DNA of 64,000 nt from Candidatus Entotheonellaceae bacterium (GCA_965238075.1 OZ250173.1:480001-544000), one strand, 5' to 3'; counted from the first letter of the stretch, positions 39,597 through 50,492 are shown. The notes: generated from the letters alone by a model not told the origin. Numbers and translations are program-made.

Positions 39597-40325
39597 ATGC
39601 GAGCCAACGAGCCCGTGGTTATCCTCATGGACAAACTTCGCGCCCGCATCATGGGGCGGCGACATGACCCGCTGTTGGCGGACCCGCAGTGTTATGCCGT
39701 GCACACGCGCATCCGCGCCCTCAAGCCGAAAGCCCTCACTTGCCTGCCAGTCGAGCAGGCCCGGTTCGTGGTCCTCGACACCGAAACCACCGGCTTCAAA
39801 GTCTACGGCGGGGACGAAATCGTTTCCATCGCCCTGCTCGAACTGCACGGCCTGGAGCCCACCGGACGCGAGCTCAACACCCTGGTCAATCCCGGACGCC
39901 CCATCCCAGCCGCTTCTACCGCGGTTCACAACATTTGCGACGCGGACGTCGCCCACGCTCCGATGATCGAAGAGGTGCTGCACGACGTGACGCGATTCAT
40001 CGGCGAAAGCGTTCTGGTCGGGCATCACGTGCCGTTCGACCTGCGCTTCCTCAACAAGTCACTGCACCGGAAATTCCGCTGCCGCCTGCGCAATCCCTGG
40101 CTCGACACCATGCTGATGTACGTGGCGCTCAGCGGCCGGCTGGGCCACTACACCCTGGAGGAGGTGGCGCGATTTTGCGGCGTTGACATCCGCGACCGCC
40201 ACACCGCCCGCGGTGACGCTCTGATGACCGCCGCCATGTTCAAAACCCTCGCCTCCTATCTCACCACCGGCCATTGCACGGTTTCCAGGCTGATCAAATG
40301 CCAGACGCAGGTGGGATTGTTCTGA
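39597..40325 (+). CDS. DEDDh 3'-5' exonuclease (DnaQ-like)
   Basis: VLDTETTG, GHHVPFD, LDT, RHTARGDA. Confidence 0.88.
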   Translation: MRANEPVVILMDKLRARIMGRRHDPLLADPQCYAVHTRIRALKPKALTCLPVEQARFVVLDTETTGFKVYGGDEIVSIALLELHGLEPTGRELNTLVNPGRPIPAASTAVHNICDADVAHAPMIEEVLHDVTRFIGESVLVGHHVPFDLRFLNKSLHRKFRCRLRNPWLDTMLMYVALSGRLGHYTLEEVARFCGVDIRDRHTARGDALMTAAMFKTLASYLTTGHCTVSRLIKCQTQVGLF

Positions 40326-40346
40326 TTCTGACAGATCAACGGGGAT

Positions 40347-40376
40347 GTCGGATGACGTTGCGCTAATCCGACCTAT
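40347..40376. repeat. GTAG-type REP element, copy 4
   Basis: gtcggatgacgttgcgctaatccgacctat. Confidence 0.65.
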
Positions 40377-40415
40377 ACAACCTCGGTAGCCGGGCGGCCG
40401 GCAGCGGAGAAAGCG

Positions 40416-41213
40416 ATGACATCTTCCCGGCCAACATGGCTTTGGATGGTGCTCTTGGCGTTAGTCGTTGGGCCGTGCATCCTCGATTCGGCGTTCCCAC
40501 AGACCTACATCAAGGCCGGGATTATGCTTGACCGGGCGAAAGACACACGATTCCAGGACGAGGATTGTTCATCGTCGGCGCATCTCTATGGCTGCGGGGC
40601 CGGTATCGACGGCGACCCCCTGAGCTCATTCGGCGACTTTGACACAATAGCCGGGCTGGAACTAGGACTCGGTTACGCCATTCTCCCCGCTCTGCGGCTC
40701 GAAGCCGCCGTTCAGTACCGACCGGACTTCGCCTTCGAGGGACACACCAATTTTTCCGGCCCGGACCTGGCGGACAGGCGGGATGTATCCGCTGAATTGT
40801 CTGTTTTGTCCGGCATGCTGGCCACTTACCTGGATGTGCCCCTCCCCGGATTCGCCTTGCTACGGTATACGCCCATCAACCCGTTTATCGGGGTCGGCGG
40901 CGGGTTGTCTCGTATCGACATGGGGGAATCCCGCATGAACTTTCCCGCCACGTCTACCATAGTTCCGGGCGGCCACCACATAAGTTTCTCTTGGATGCTG
41001 ACGGCGGGTCTTGCCGTATCGTTAACGAGATGGACGGTCGATGTTGCCTGGCGCTATACGGACCACGGCGGCATCGAAACCGCCAGTGGTATCGGCCGGG
41101 AATTCTGTCGCGTCGCAGGCTGCAATTTGCCAGATGTGGATCTGCCGATCGCCCCCACGAGAGGCGATTTGAAAAGCTACGGACTGACCGTATCCTTACG
41201 CTACGCGTTCTAA
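40416..41213 (+). CDS. Outer-membrane beta-barrel (opacity-porin/OmpA-like)
   Basis: Signal peptide, LGLGY, PFIGVGGG, VDVAWRY, C-terminal LRYAF. Confidence 0.75.
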   Translation: MTSSRPTWLWMVLLALVVGPCILDSAFPQTYIKAGIMLDRAKDTRFQDEDCSSSAHLYGCGAGIDGDPLSSFGDFDTIAGLELGLGYAILPALRLEAAVQYRPDFAFEGHTNFSGPDLADRRDVSAELSVLSGMLATYLDVPLPGFALLRYTPINPFIGVGGGLSRIDMGESRMNFPATSTIVPGGHHISFSWMLTAGLAVSLTRWTVDVAWRYTDHGGIETASGIGREFCRVAGCNLPDVDLPIAPTRGDLKSYGLTVSLRYAF

Positions 41214-41338
41214 GTTCCAGCGTTGTGGCCGGATCGACGGCTCTGACCGAGGAAATACTTATGGGAAGCACGACACGGTACGACAGAGAATTTGGAAAAA
41301 CCTTCTGAGTAGCACCCATCACTGAAAGGAATTCGGGC

Positions 41339-43906
41339 ATGGCCGAAGAACACATGGATCCGTACCACCTACCCCGCAACGCCATACCGTCGCGTTACGA
41401 CCTCACCCTGCAGCCCGACCTGCAAGCGGCGACCTTTACCGGCTCGGTTATCATTGCCCTCGAGGTAGTCGAAGCCGCCGACGCCATCTGGCTGAACGCC
41501 GCCGATCTGGAAATCATCTCCACCACCCTGGAGGACAACGACGGCAACCACGTGTGCAGCCCCGAGGCAGAGTTGCTGGCAGATCAGGAACGGTTGCGGC
41601 TGGGGCTCGGCGCCGCCCTGCCGCCCGGCGGCTATCGTCTGATGCTGGGCTTCGAGGGCATTCTTAACGACAAGCTGCACGGGTTCTACCGTTCCACCTT
41701 CAAGGACGACGACGGCAACGAGCACCTCATCGCCACCACACAGTTCGAAAGCACCGACGCCCGCCGCGCCTTTCCGTGCTTCGACGAGCCGGATTTCAAG
41801 GCCGTTTTCGGCGTCACCCTGATCGTGCCGGACGACCTGTACGCCGTCTCCAACGCCCCCATCGCCTCCGAAACGCCCGCCGGCAACGGCTGGCGTCTGG
41901 TGTCCTTCGACGACACCATGAAAATGTCAACCTATCTCGTGGCCTTCATCGTCGGCCCGTTCGAGGCCACCGAGGCGGTGGACGTGGACGGCGTGCCGCT
42001 GCGCGTCGTGCACCCCGTCGGCAAGGGGCACCTGACGGCGTTCGCGCTAGAGGTCGGCGCCTTCACCCTGCGCCATTTCGCGGCGTATTACGACATCCCC
42101 TACCCCGGCCAGAAGCTGGACCTCGTAGCCATCCCCGACTTCGCTTTCGGCGCCATGGAAAACCTCGGTTGCGTGACCTTCCGCGAGGTCTTGCTGCTCC
42201 TCGATCCGCAGCAGGCGACGCAGCCGGAGCGGGTGCGCGTGGCGGACGTCATCGCCCACGAAATCGCCCACATGTGGTTCGGCGATCTGGTCACCATGCG
42301 CTGGTGGAATGGCATCTGGCTGAACGAAGCCTTCGCCACCTTCATGGGCACCATGGCGGTGGACGCCTTTGACGCGCAATGGCAACGCTGGGTGCAGTTC
42401 GGCCTGGAGCGCTCGGCGGCGTTCGACGTGGATTCCCTGCACCACACCCGCCCGATCGAGTATCCGGTGCATTCCCCCAAAGATGCCGACGGCATGTTCG
42501 ACCTGCTCACCTACGAAAAGGGCGGCTCGGTGCTGCGCATGCTGGAGCAGCATCTCGACACAACGCCGTTCCGCGACGGCATCCGGCACTACCTGCGAAA
42601 GCACCAATACGGCAATACCGAGACCAACGACCTGTGGGACGCCATCGAGGAGGTGACCGGCGAACCGGCCCGCCGCGTCATGGATTCGTGGATTTACCAG
42701 CGCGGCTTCCCGCTGCTGTCAGTCGTCGGCGATGCGGCGGGCAAGTTCACCCTCAACCAGCAACGCTTCAGCTTCACACCGTTAAGCAACGGGAACGACT
42801 CCGTGTGGTCGATCCCCGTGACGCTGCGTTACGGGCACGCCGGCCAGGTGACGGAGCGGCGCGAGTTGCTGGAATCGGCATCGTTGGAGATCGATTTCGG
42901 CCGTCCCGTCGATTGGGTGGTGGTCAACGCCGGCGGGCACGGCTTCTACCGCGTGCGATACGCGCCGGATCTGTTGCAGCAGCTGCGGCCCATCATGCTG
43001 CAGCAACTCACCGCCATCGAACGCTACACCTTGGTAGACGACACCTGGGCGGCGGTACTGGCAGGAAATACCACGGCGGCCGATGTCCTCGCCCTGGCGC
43101 AGGGGCTGCGGGACGAAGACGACCTCGACGTGTGGACGCTGCTGTGCGGCTGCCTGGAGCAATTGGGCCGGCTGCTGGATGGGGAGGCCGAAGCGCGTTA
43201 CCAAGCGGAGTTGCGCAACCTGTATGCCCCGGCGCTAGAGCGACTGGGATGGACGCCGAAATCGGACGACACCTCGCGCACCCTGGAGCTGCGGGGGCTG
43301 ATCATCCGCTCGCTGGCGGTGACAGCCAGCGATGCCGCCGCGCAGGAACAGTGTCGCGACTTGCACGGCCGCTACCTGAAGGACAGCAGCAGCGTGGAGC
43401 CCAACGTCGCCGCCGCGGCGGCATCAGCGGTGGCCTGCTGCGGCAGCGAGGGCGATTACGGCGTGTTTGTCGAGCGCTTCAAGAGCGGCGCCACGCCGCA
43501 GGAAGTGCGGCGCTACCAGAACCTGCTGGCGTCGTTCCCCGGTACGGACCAAATGATCACGACGCTGGATATGAGCCTCGACGGCACCGTGCGCACCCAG
43601 GACGCCCCGTACCTGGTCGCGCAATGCCTGCGCAACAGACGCTGTGGCGGGCAGGCGTGGCGCTTCGTGCGCGACAACTGGGATGCCATGCTGGAGGCGT
43701 ATCCGAGCAACGCCATTGTGCGCATGCTGGACGGCGTCAAAACCCTGTCCGTGCCCGACGTCGCCGCCGACGTGACGGCGTTTTTCGCCAGCCACGAGGT
43801 ACCGCAGGGTGAATTGACGCTGCGGCAGCATCTGGAGCGTTTGCAGGTGAACGTGACGCTGCGTGAGCGGGAAGCGGAGCGCCTCGGGGCAGCGTTGGCG
43901 GGTTGA
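41339..43906 (+). CDS. M1-family aminopeptidase (ERAP1-like C-terminus)
   Basis: ARRAFPCFDEP, GAMEN, HEIAHMWFG...WLNEAF, YEKG. Confidence 0.92.
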   Translation: MAEEHMDPYHLPRNAIPSRYDLTLQPDLQAATFTGSVIIALEVVEAADAIWLNAADLEIISTTLEDNDGNHVCSPEAELLADQERLRLGLGAALPPGGYRLMLGFEGILNDKLHGFYRSTFKDDDGNEHLIATTQFESTDARRAFPCFDEPDFKAVFGVTLIVPDDLYAVSNAPIASETPAGNGWRLVSFDDTMKMSTYLVAFIVGPFEATEAVDVDGVPLRVVHPVGKGHLTAFALEVGAFTLRHFAAYYDIPYPGQKLDLVAIPDFAFGAMENLGCVTFREVLLLLDPQQATQPERVRVADVIAHEIAHMWFGDLVTMRWWNGIWLNEAFATFMGTMAVDAFDAQWQRWVQFGLERSAAFDVDSLHHTRPIEYPVHSPKDADGMFDLLTYEKGGSVLRMLEQHLDTTPFRDGIRHYLRKHQYGNTETNDLWDAIEEVTGEPARRVMDSWIYQRGFPLLSVVGDAAGKFTLNQQRFSFTPLSNGNDSVWSIPVTLRYGHAGQVTERRELLESASLEIDFGRPVDWVVVNAGGHGFYRVRYAPDLLQQLRPIMLQQLTAIERYTLVDDTWAAVLAGNTTAADVLALAQGLRDEDDLDVWTLLCGCLEQLGRLLDGEAEARYQAELRNLYAPALERLGWTPKSDDTSRTLELRGLIIRSLAVTASDAAAQEQCRDLHGRYLKDSSSVEPNVAAAAASAVACCGSEGDYGVFVERFKSGATPQEVRRYQNLLASFPGTDQMITTLDMSLDGTVRTQDAPYLVAQCLRNRRCGGQAWRFVRDNWDAMLEAYPSNAIVRMLDGVKTLSVPDVAADVTAFFASHEVPQGELTLRQHLERLQVNVTLREREAERLGAALAG

Positions 43907-43978
43907 ATGAATAAATGGATTTCGGATGGTTTTCGCAGGGGCGGGAGTCACCACCCCCACTGAATTGAAATTTTCTGA

Positions 43979-44737
43979 CTATTGCGCCAAGGCGCCGCCG
44001 TCAATCACGAGCTCACTACCCGTCACGTACGACGCGTCGTCCGACGCCAGAAACAGCACGCCGGCAACGATCTCACCGACCAACGCCATGCGGCGCAGTG
44101 GCACCCGTTGCAGGCGCTCTCGCAGCACCTCCGGGTCGGGCATGGCGTTGTGCAGCATGGCGGTATCGACCGGCCCGGGGTGCACCGAGTTACAGCGGAT
44201 GTTGTCCTGGGCGCACTGGCTGGCCGTCACCTTGCTGAAGATGCGCACCGCCGCCTTGCTGGCCGCGTAAGCCGGCTCCTGGTGCGCCGACTGACCGATG
44301 CCGGCGACGGACGAGATATTCACGATGGAACCGCCGCCTGCCTTGCGCATCTCCGGGATGGCGTGCTTGGTGCCCAGAAAAACCCCCTTGGCGTTCACCG
44401 CCATGACCCGATCCCATTCCGCCTCCGAGCGCACCTCGATAGGCACCCGCGGGATGGTGATCCCGGCATTGTTCACCAGAATGTCCAGCTTGTCGAACCG
44501 CCGCACCGTCTCCTCGACCGCCTGCCGCCAATCGGCCTCGTTCGACACGTCCAGGTGCACGTAGGCCGCTTCCATCCCGTCAGCCAGCAATTCGGCTTCC
44601 AGATTGCGGCCGTCATCGTCGGCTACGTCGCCGAACACCACCTTGGCGCCCTCTCGGGCGAACGTTCTGGCCTCCGCGGCGCCTTGACCGCGCGCGCCGC
44701 CGCTGATCAGCGCCACCTTGCCGTCCAATTTGCCCAT
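43979..44737 (-). CDS. Short-chain dehydrogenase/reductase
   Basis: SGGARGQG, NNAG, YAASK. Confidence 0.9.
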   Translation of the reverse strand: MGKLDGKVALISGGARGQGAAEARTFAREGAKVVFGDVADDDGRNLEAELLADGMEAAYVHLDVSNEADWRQAVEETVRRFDKLDILVNNAGITIPRVPIEVRSEAEWDRVMAVNAKGVFLGTKHAIPEMRKAGGGSIVNISSVAGIGQSAHQEPAYAASKAAVRIFSKVTASQCAQDNIRCNSVHPGPVDTAMLHNAMPDPEVLRERLQRVPLRRMALVGEIVAGVLFLASDDASYVTGSELVIDGGALAQ

Positions 44738-44771
44738 GCTCCGCTCCCCTGCTCCGCGGGTACGCCCGCGG

Positions 44772-45743
44772 CTAGAAAAAATACTCCCGTTCACGCAGGG
44801 TGGGATACAACCCTGCGACCCACTGGCCGTAGCCGTTGAAAATCACCGTGTCGTATTTCTCGTCCGTGCCCAGCATGCGCTCGGTGGACTGCGACCAGCG
44901 CGGGTGCGAGACCACCGGGTTGACGTTGGCCCAGAAACCGTATTCCTTCGGTGCCAGGGTTTCCCAGAAGCTGACGGGCCGCTCCTTGACGAACTCGATG
45001 GACACGATCGATTTGATGCTCTTGAAGCCGTACTTCCACGGCGTGACGAGCCGCAGCGGGGCGCCGTGCTGCTTGGGTAACGGATGCCCGTACACGCCCG
45101 TCACCAGCAGGGTGAGTTCGTTCATGGCCTCCTCGATGGTCAGCCCCTCTTCGTACGGCCAGGGATACCAGACGCGCAATTGATTCAGCGCCACCGTCCG
45201 ATGCAGGAACGTCGTCAGCTTCACGTAGCGGGCTTGCAGGCTGGGCTGCACCTTTTTCATCAGAGCGGAGAACGGGAACCCGGTCCACGGCACCGCCATG
45301 GCCCAGGCCTCGACGCAGCGCAGGCGGTACAGTCGTTCTTCAAGCGGCATGGCGCGGATGAGGTCGTCGATGTCGAACGTCTGCGGGTTGTTGACCAAGC
45401 CGCCGACTTCCACCTGCCAGGGGCGGATTGTCAGGCGCTGCGCCAGGCGCGAGATGGTCTTGAAGGGGCCGAACTCGTAGAAATTGTTGTAGGCGGCAGC
45501 AACCTCTTCCTCCGTCACCGGACGGTCGAGCGTGAACTCCGGGTTGCGTTGCGCCGGATACAAGTCGAGGGTTTTGTCCGTGTCATCCTCCGCGGCGCAA
45601 CCGATGCCGCCCGCCGCGCCGAGGATGCCGCCGGCCGCCATCGCGGCGCTGCCGGCCAGGAACTTGCGGCGCTGCATGAACACCGATTCGGGTGTGGCTT
45701 TGCTCTCGGGAATCATCCAACCGGGTTTACGATGGTAATGCAT
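44772..45743 (-). CDS. msrP: Protein-methionine-sulfoxide reductase catalytic subunit
   Basis: Tat QRRKFL, YNNFYEFG, RLRCVEAW, GAPLRLVTPWKYGFKSIKSI, HPRWSQ. Confidence 0.92.
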   Translation of the reverse strand: MHYHRKPGWMIPESKATPESVFMQRRKFLAGSAAMAAGGILGAAGGIGCAAEDDTDKTLDLYPAQRNPEFTLDRPVTEEEVAAAYNNFYEFGPFKTISRLAQRLTIRPWQVEVGGLVNNPQTFDIDDLIRAMPLEERLYRLRCVEAWAMAVPWTGFPFSALMKKVQPSLQARYVKLTTFLHRTVALNQLRVWYPWPYEEGLTIEEAMNELTLLVTGVYGHPLPKQHGAPLRLVTPWKYGFKSIKSIVSIEFVKERPVSFWETLAPKEYGFWANVNPVVSHPRWSQSTERMLGTDEKYDTVIFNGYGQWVAGLYPTLREREYFF

Positions 45744-45758
45744 GCGTAATCCTCCTTG

Positions 45759-46319
45759 TCAGCGGCTTTCGACCCCGGCCGCCAAGAGACGTTCAATGAT
45801 CCGGTGCGCCTGCGGCCCGGTCCAATCGCGGTACCCCATGCCGCCCGCCACCACCTGGCCGCGGCGGTCGATCAGGAAATTCGTCGGCGTCGCCTGAATG
45901 CCAAACGCCTCCTCGGCCCTCGCCCCCGGGTCCATGACGTGCGGGAAACTGAGGCTGTGCTTGGCGATGTAAGCCCTCACCTGCTCCGCTGTTTCCCCCA
46001 TGTTCACCGCCACAATCGCCAATCCATCCCCTTTGTATCTTTTGTACAGCGCCTCAAGTGCGGCGCGCTCCCGTTCGCAATAGTGGCACCAGGTGGTCCA
46101 GAAATTAAGGATGAGCACGCGGTCGCGGAACAACAGCAGGGGCACCAGCTTGCCGTCCACGTCCGGCAAGCTGACGTCCGGCAGAGCGATGGATTCGGGA
46201 AAGAGGAAGAGGTTCAGAGCTTCGTAGTCTGCCTCGTCGTCGGCAGTGGCGCGTTGCGAAACTGTGGTACCAAGAACAAGCAATGCGGCAATCAGTGCGG
46301 TAACGATCCAACGTTTCAT
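45759..46319 (-). CDS. TlpA-family thiol-disulfide oxidoreductase
   Basis: Signal/anchor, LNFWTTWCHYC, ATPTNFLIDR. Confidence 0.85.
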   Translation of the reverse strand: MKRWIVTALIAALLVLGTTVSQRATADDEADYEALNLFLFPESIALPDVSLPDVDGKLVPLLLFRDRVLILNFWTTWCHYCERERAALEALYKRYKGDGLAIVAVNMGETAEQVRAYIAKHSLSFPHVMDPGARAEEAFGIQATPTNFLIDRRGQVVAGGMGYRDWTGPQAHRIIERLLAAGVESR

Positions 46320-46405
46320 GGTATGTGTTCCATTTCCGTGAGCAATAGCATCTCGACGTGCTGTCAGAGTGAGTCGGGCTGTTTTTCCTGGTCCAACATG
46401 AAAAC

Positions 46406-46873
46406 TCAGGAATGCAGGGCTACATTCCTTTCATCCCACTCCTTGGCCTGCACGCCAACCACCAACTGCTGACTTAAAGCCGCCAGAGCCGCTTCCAGAC
46501 GTGACAGTTTGGACGCATGGCGCGGGTCCAGTAGCCGTCGCATTTCTTTTTCATCGCAGCACAGATGCGCGGCGATTTCGACCGGCGTCATACCTGTCTG
46601 CCGGACGGCCAGGTACAGCGCCGCCTTCGCCGCAGTTTGTGCGGGCAATGGGACCGGATAGCGGTCCGGCCCCGTCGGAGACGCTTTAGGAAGGCACGCT
46701 TCGCGCCGGATACGACCGGCGATGGCCTCCTCCAGGCAGTCAGCCGCCTGCTGCAAGGCGTCGGGCACGTCTTCCCCCTGCGTAATGGCTTCCGGCACGT
46801 CAGGAAAGGTGACCACAAATCCGCCATCTTGCTCGTCCGGCGTGAGGATGGCGGGATAAACAAAGTTTCGCAT
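46406..46873 (-). CDS. hicB: HicB-family antitoxin
   Basis: GGFVVTFPDVPEAITQGE, C-terminal HTH RLLDPRHASK. Confidence 0.85.
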   Translation of the reverse strand: MRNFVYPAILTPDEQDGGFVVTFPDVPEAITQGEDVPDALQQAADCLEEAIAGRIRREACLPKASPTGPDRYPVPLPAQTAAKAALYLAVRQTGMTPVEIAAHLCCDEKEMRRLLDPRHASKLSRLEAALAALSQQLVVGVQAKEWDERNVALHS

Positions 46874-46885
46874 CGATCGTGCCTC

Positions 46886-47097
46886 CTACAACTCGGCGCG
46901 CGTCAAGCCAAGCTGGGCCAGCATGACATGCAAAGTACCGGTCTTCAATCCGTCCCTTGGATTCCGAACGATGGTCAAACGGTCACCGAAGTACAACGTC
47001 CCATGACTTCCTTTCCACGCTCGGCCACAAACTCAACCTTGAGACCTCGGCGACGTCCAAGTCTTCTGATCCTGCGAATGAATTCATTGCCTGTCAT
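46886..47097 (-). pseudogene. hicA: HicA toxin with 1-nt deletion
   Basis: MTGNEFIRRIRRLG...AERGK/[fs]/SHGTLYFG...KTGTLHVMLAQLGL*; span of 212 nt is one base short; break lies in the GKGSH motif (~47005-47015). Confidence 0.8.
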
Positions 47098-47182
47098 GGA
47101 AAGCTTTAGGCAGTCGGCGCCTTTTTCGTTTTGGACAGCATTCTATTCTCATCAGCAATTCGATAGCCCCCAATGGAGAAGG

Positions 47183-49417
47183 CTACCACTCGGGCCGAAA
47201 ACGACGCAGGCGCAAGGAATTGCACACCACGGACACCGAGCTCAGCGCCATGGCGGCGGCGGCGAGGGCCGGATTGAGCGACACGCCGAAGACGGGGTAC
47301 AGAACCCCGGCAGCTACGGGGATGCCCAGCAGGTTGTAGATGAAGGCCCAGAAGAGATTCTGCCGGATGGTGCGCATGGTGCGGCGGGAAAGCTGCATGG
47401 CGGTCGCAACGCCGCGCACGTCGCCGGTGATCAGGGTGACGTCAGCCGCCGCCAAGGCGACGTCGGTGCCGCTGCCGATGGCGATGCCCACGTCGGCCTG
47501 CGCCAGGGCCGGGGCATCGTTGATGCCGTCGCCCACCATCGCGACGCGCTTGCCTTGCGCTTGCAGGTGTTTAACTTGCGCGGCTTTCTGGTCGGGCATG
47601 ACCTCGGCCAGGACGGTGTCAATGCCGAGTTGCCGCGCCACGGCCTGGGCGCTGCGGCGATGATCGCCGGTGAGCATAAGCACTTCGAGGCCCAGTTGGT
47701 GGAGGGCGGCAACGGCTTCGCGGGCATGCGGCTTGAGGGTGTCGGCCACGGCAATAACCCCGGCGGCGCGGCGGTCCAAGGCGACGAAAACCGGTGTTTT
47801 GCCATCGCCAGCCAAGCGCTCTGCGATTTCTTCGAGCTTGCCCAGCTGGATGCCGGCGTGCTGCATGAGGGCGTGATTGCCAATCAGCACCGATTGAGCA
47901 TCGACCACTGCCGACATTCCCTGGCCTGGCAGAGCTTCGGCGTCGCGCGGGGCTTCGAGCACCAAGCCCTCGGCCCGCGCGGCTGCGACGATGGCTTGGG
48001 CCACCGGGTGCTCGGATGCCTGCTCCGTGGAGGCAGCCAGGCGCAGGACCTCGGATTCGGTGAAGCCGTTGTGGGTGACGATATCGGTGACGCTCGGTTG
48101 GCCCAGCGTGAGGGTGCCGGTTTTGTCCAGAACGACGGCCTGGAGCTTGTGAGCGGTTTCCAAGGCGGGACTGCTCTTGAACAGAATGCCGTGCTCGGCG
48201 CCCTTGCCGGTGCCGACCCGGATGGCCGTGGGAGTGGCCAACCCCAGCGCGCAGGGGCAGGCGATAATCAGCACGGCGACAAAGTTGAGCAACGCGAAAG
48301 CAATAGCTGGGGCCGGACCCCACAGCAGCCAAGCGGCGAAGGTGAGCAGGGCAGCGCCGAGCACCGCGGGCACGAAGATGCGGGCGACCTCGTCGGCCAG
48401 CCGCTGGATGGGCGCCTTGGAGCCCTGCGCCTCTTCGACCAGCCGGACGATCTGGGCCAGCACGGTGTGGCGCCCAACCCGCGTGGCGCGCAGGGTAAAG
48501 CTGCCGGTCTTGTTGAGGGTAGCGCCGAAGACAGAATCGCCGGCGCTCTTGTCCAGCGGCAGGCTCTCGCCGGTGAGCATTGACTCGTCGAGCGTTGGGC
48601 GGCCCTCGGTGATATCGCCGTCGACCGGCACCTTTTCGCCCGGCCGCACCAGCACGAGATCGCCGATCGTCACGTCCGCTACCGGAATGTCCACGGTCTC
48701 GCCGCCGCGCCACACGCGGGCCGTCCTGGCCTGCAGGCCCATGAGCTTGCGGATGGCCTCGGAGGTCTGACCGCGCGCCCGTGCTTCCAGCAGGCGGCCC
48801 AGGATGATCAGGGTGAGAATCATGACGGCGGTGTCGAAGTAGACGTGCGTGCCGACACCGAGACGGCTGAAGGCTTGCGGCAGGAAGGTGACCGCGGCGC
48901 TGTACAGATAGGCCGCCGAGGTGCCGAGTGCGATGAGGGTGTTCATGTCGGCGCTCTTCTGTTTCAGCGCCGCCCAGGTGCCTTGGTAGAACGACCAGCC
49001 GACCCAGAATTGCACCGGCGTGGTGAGGGCGAGGAGCACGTACGGTTGCCGCAGCCAGTCAGGCGTCCAGGGAAACAGGACAGGCATGGAGCCGAGCATG
49101 ACGGGCACACTGAGCGCCAGGCTGACGGCGAGTTTACGGCTGAGGTCGCGGATTTCTGCCGTCCGCGCCAAGCGCTCGTGGTCGATGGGGTCGTCAGGGT
49201 CGACGTCGAGAACGGTATAGCCGACGTCCTTGATCTTGCGGCTGATGGCGGGGCGATCCAGCGCCAGAGGGTCGAAATGCACGGTCGCTTTTTCGGTAGC
49301 GAAATTGACCTGCGCCTGCTGCACGCCGGCGAGGTCCTGCAGGGCCTTTTCGATACGTCCGGCGCAGCCGGCGCAGTGCATGCCGCTGATGGGCAAATCA
49401 AGGCGCTGTGTCGCCAT
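47183..49417 (-). CDS. copA: Copper-translocating P1B-type ATPase
   Basis: [43 protein letters not shown]. Confidence 0.92.
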   Translation of the reverse strand: MATQRLDLPISGMHCAGCAGRIEKALQDLAGVQQAQVNFATEKATVHFDPLALDRPAISRKIKDVGYTVLDVDPDDPIDHERLARTAEIRDLSRKLAVSLALSVPVMLGSMPVLFPWTPDWLRQPYVLLALTTPVQFWVGWSFYQGTWAALKQKSADMNTLIALGTSAAYLYSAAVTFLPQAFSRLGVGTHVYFDTAVMILTLIILGRLLEARARGQTSEAIRKLMGLQARTARVWRGGETVDIPVADVTIGDLVLVRPGEKVPVDGDITEGRPTLDESMLTGESLPLDKSAGDSVFGATLNKTGSFTLRATRVGRHTVLAQIVRLVEEAQGSKAPIQRLADEVARIFVPAVLGAALLTFAAWLLWGPAPAIAFALLNFVAVLIIACPCALGLATPTAIRVGTGKGAEHGILFKSSPALETAHKLQAVVLDKTGTLTLGQPSVTDIVTHNGFTESEVLRLAASTEQASEHPVAQAIVAAARAEGLVLEAPRDAEALPGQGMSAVVDAQSVLIGNHALMQHAGIQLGKLEEIAERLAGDGKTPVFVALDRRAAGVIAVADTLKPHAREAVAALHQLGLEVLMLTGDHRRSAQAVARQLGIDTVLAEVMPDQKAAQVKHLQAQGKRVAMVGDGINDAPALAQADVGIAIGSGTDVALAAADVTLITGDVRGVATAMQLSRRTMRTIRQNLFWAFIYNLLGIPVAAGVLYPVFGVSLNPALAAAAMALSSVSVVCNSLRLRRFRPEW

Positions 49418-49465
49418 ACCAAAGCCTTTCCGCGCCAGGGCCGAATGACCCCCGGCCTCTGAAAG

Positions 49466-50359
49466 TTACCCTTCGTACACCTCCTTGAAACGCCGAATGG
49501 AATCGATATGTTCCTGGGCCGTGGTGAGCCCGGCGCCGGTGGTGCCGATGCCGAGATGGGTGGCGCCTACGGCCTTCCAGGCGTTGGCCTCGTCGATCCA
49601 GGCTTGCGGACCGGTTTTGGCGTCCAAGACAATGCGACCTTCGAGGCCGAGGCTCGCCGGGTCCCGGCCGGCTTCGTCGGCGTAGCGGCGGATGCGGTCG
49701 ATGACCTCACGGCCCTCATCGCTCAGCGGAAACAGCGGGAACCAGCCGTCGGCGAGCCGCGCGATGCGGCGCATGGCCACGTCGAGAGGCATCGGACGCC
49801 CCGGCGCGCCGGCGCCGATCCAGATAGGAATGGGGCGCTGAACCGGTAGCGGCTTGATGCCGGCGTGGTCGATCCGGTGCCACTGGCCCTGGTAGTCGAC
49901 GACCTCCTGCGTCCACAACAAGCGCAGCACCTCGATCTGCTCCTCGCTACGCTTGCCGCGTGAGCGCCAATCCTCATTCAGCGCCTCGAACTCCACCGGA
50001 TTCCAGCCGACGCCGATGCCCAGCCTTACCCGTCCGCCGCTGAGCACGTCCACCTGCGCCGCCTGCTTGGCCACCAACGCCGTCTGCCGCTGCGGCAGGA
50101 TGATGATGCCGGTGGTCAGCTCCAGGTTGGTGGTTATCGCGGCCAGATACGCCATCAGCGTGAACGGCTCGTGGATATAGCTCTCGTGCGTGTAGTAAAA
50201 CGTCGGCACCTCCGGGTGGAACTGCGGGTCGGCGCCCAGAACGTGGTCCAAAATCCGCAGGTGCGAGTATCCCAGCTCGTCCGCGGTCTGCACAAAATCC
50301 CGCGAGGCGGCAAAATCCGCCCCGATATCGACAGTCGGAAACGCAACCCCAACGCGCAT
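49466..50359 (-). CDS. LLM-class (probably F420-dependent) oxidoreductase
   Basis: DHVLG, HEPF, ILPQRQTALVAKQAA, GVGWNPVEF. Confidence 0.85.
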   Translation of the reverse strand: MRVGVAFPTVDIGADFAASRDFVQTADELGYSHLRILDHVLGADPQFHPEVPTFYYTHESYIHEPFTLMAYLAAITTNLELTTGIIILPQRQTALVAKQAAQVDVLSGGRVRLGIGVGWNPVEFEALNEDWRSRGKRSEEQIEVLRLLWTQEVVDYQGQWHRIDHAGIKPLPVQRPIPIWIGAGAPGRPMPLDVAMRRIARLADGWFPLFPLSDEGREVIDRIRRYADEAGRDPASLGLEGRIVLDAKTGPQAWIDEANAWKAVGATHLGIGTTGAGLTTAQEHIDSIRRFKEVYEG

Positions 50360-50492
50360 GTCGCCAACACCTCTCCAAAACGTTTTCACCGTGCCCCAAG
50401 GCCGTTATGTCGGTGAGCAGCATAAGACCTTCACCCCCGGTTTTCAACCGGGCAGGAGGCCGCCAAGCCCTTGACGGGTAGGCCCCGGCCTA

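Noticed and set aside
39597-40325. dnaQ (replicative Pol III epsilon)
   Set aside because: DEDDh fold only; the context downstream of a DUF294 NTase indicates the stand-alone partner family
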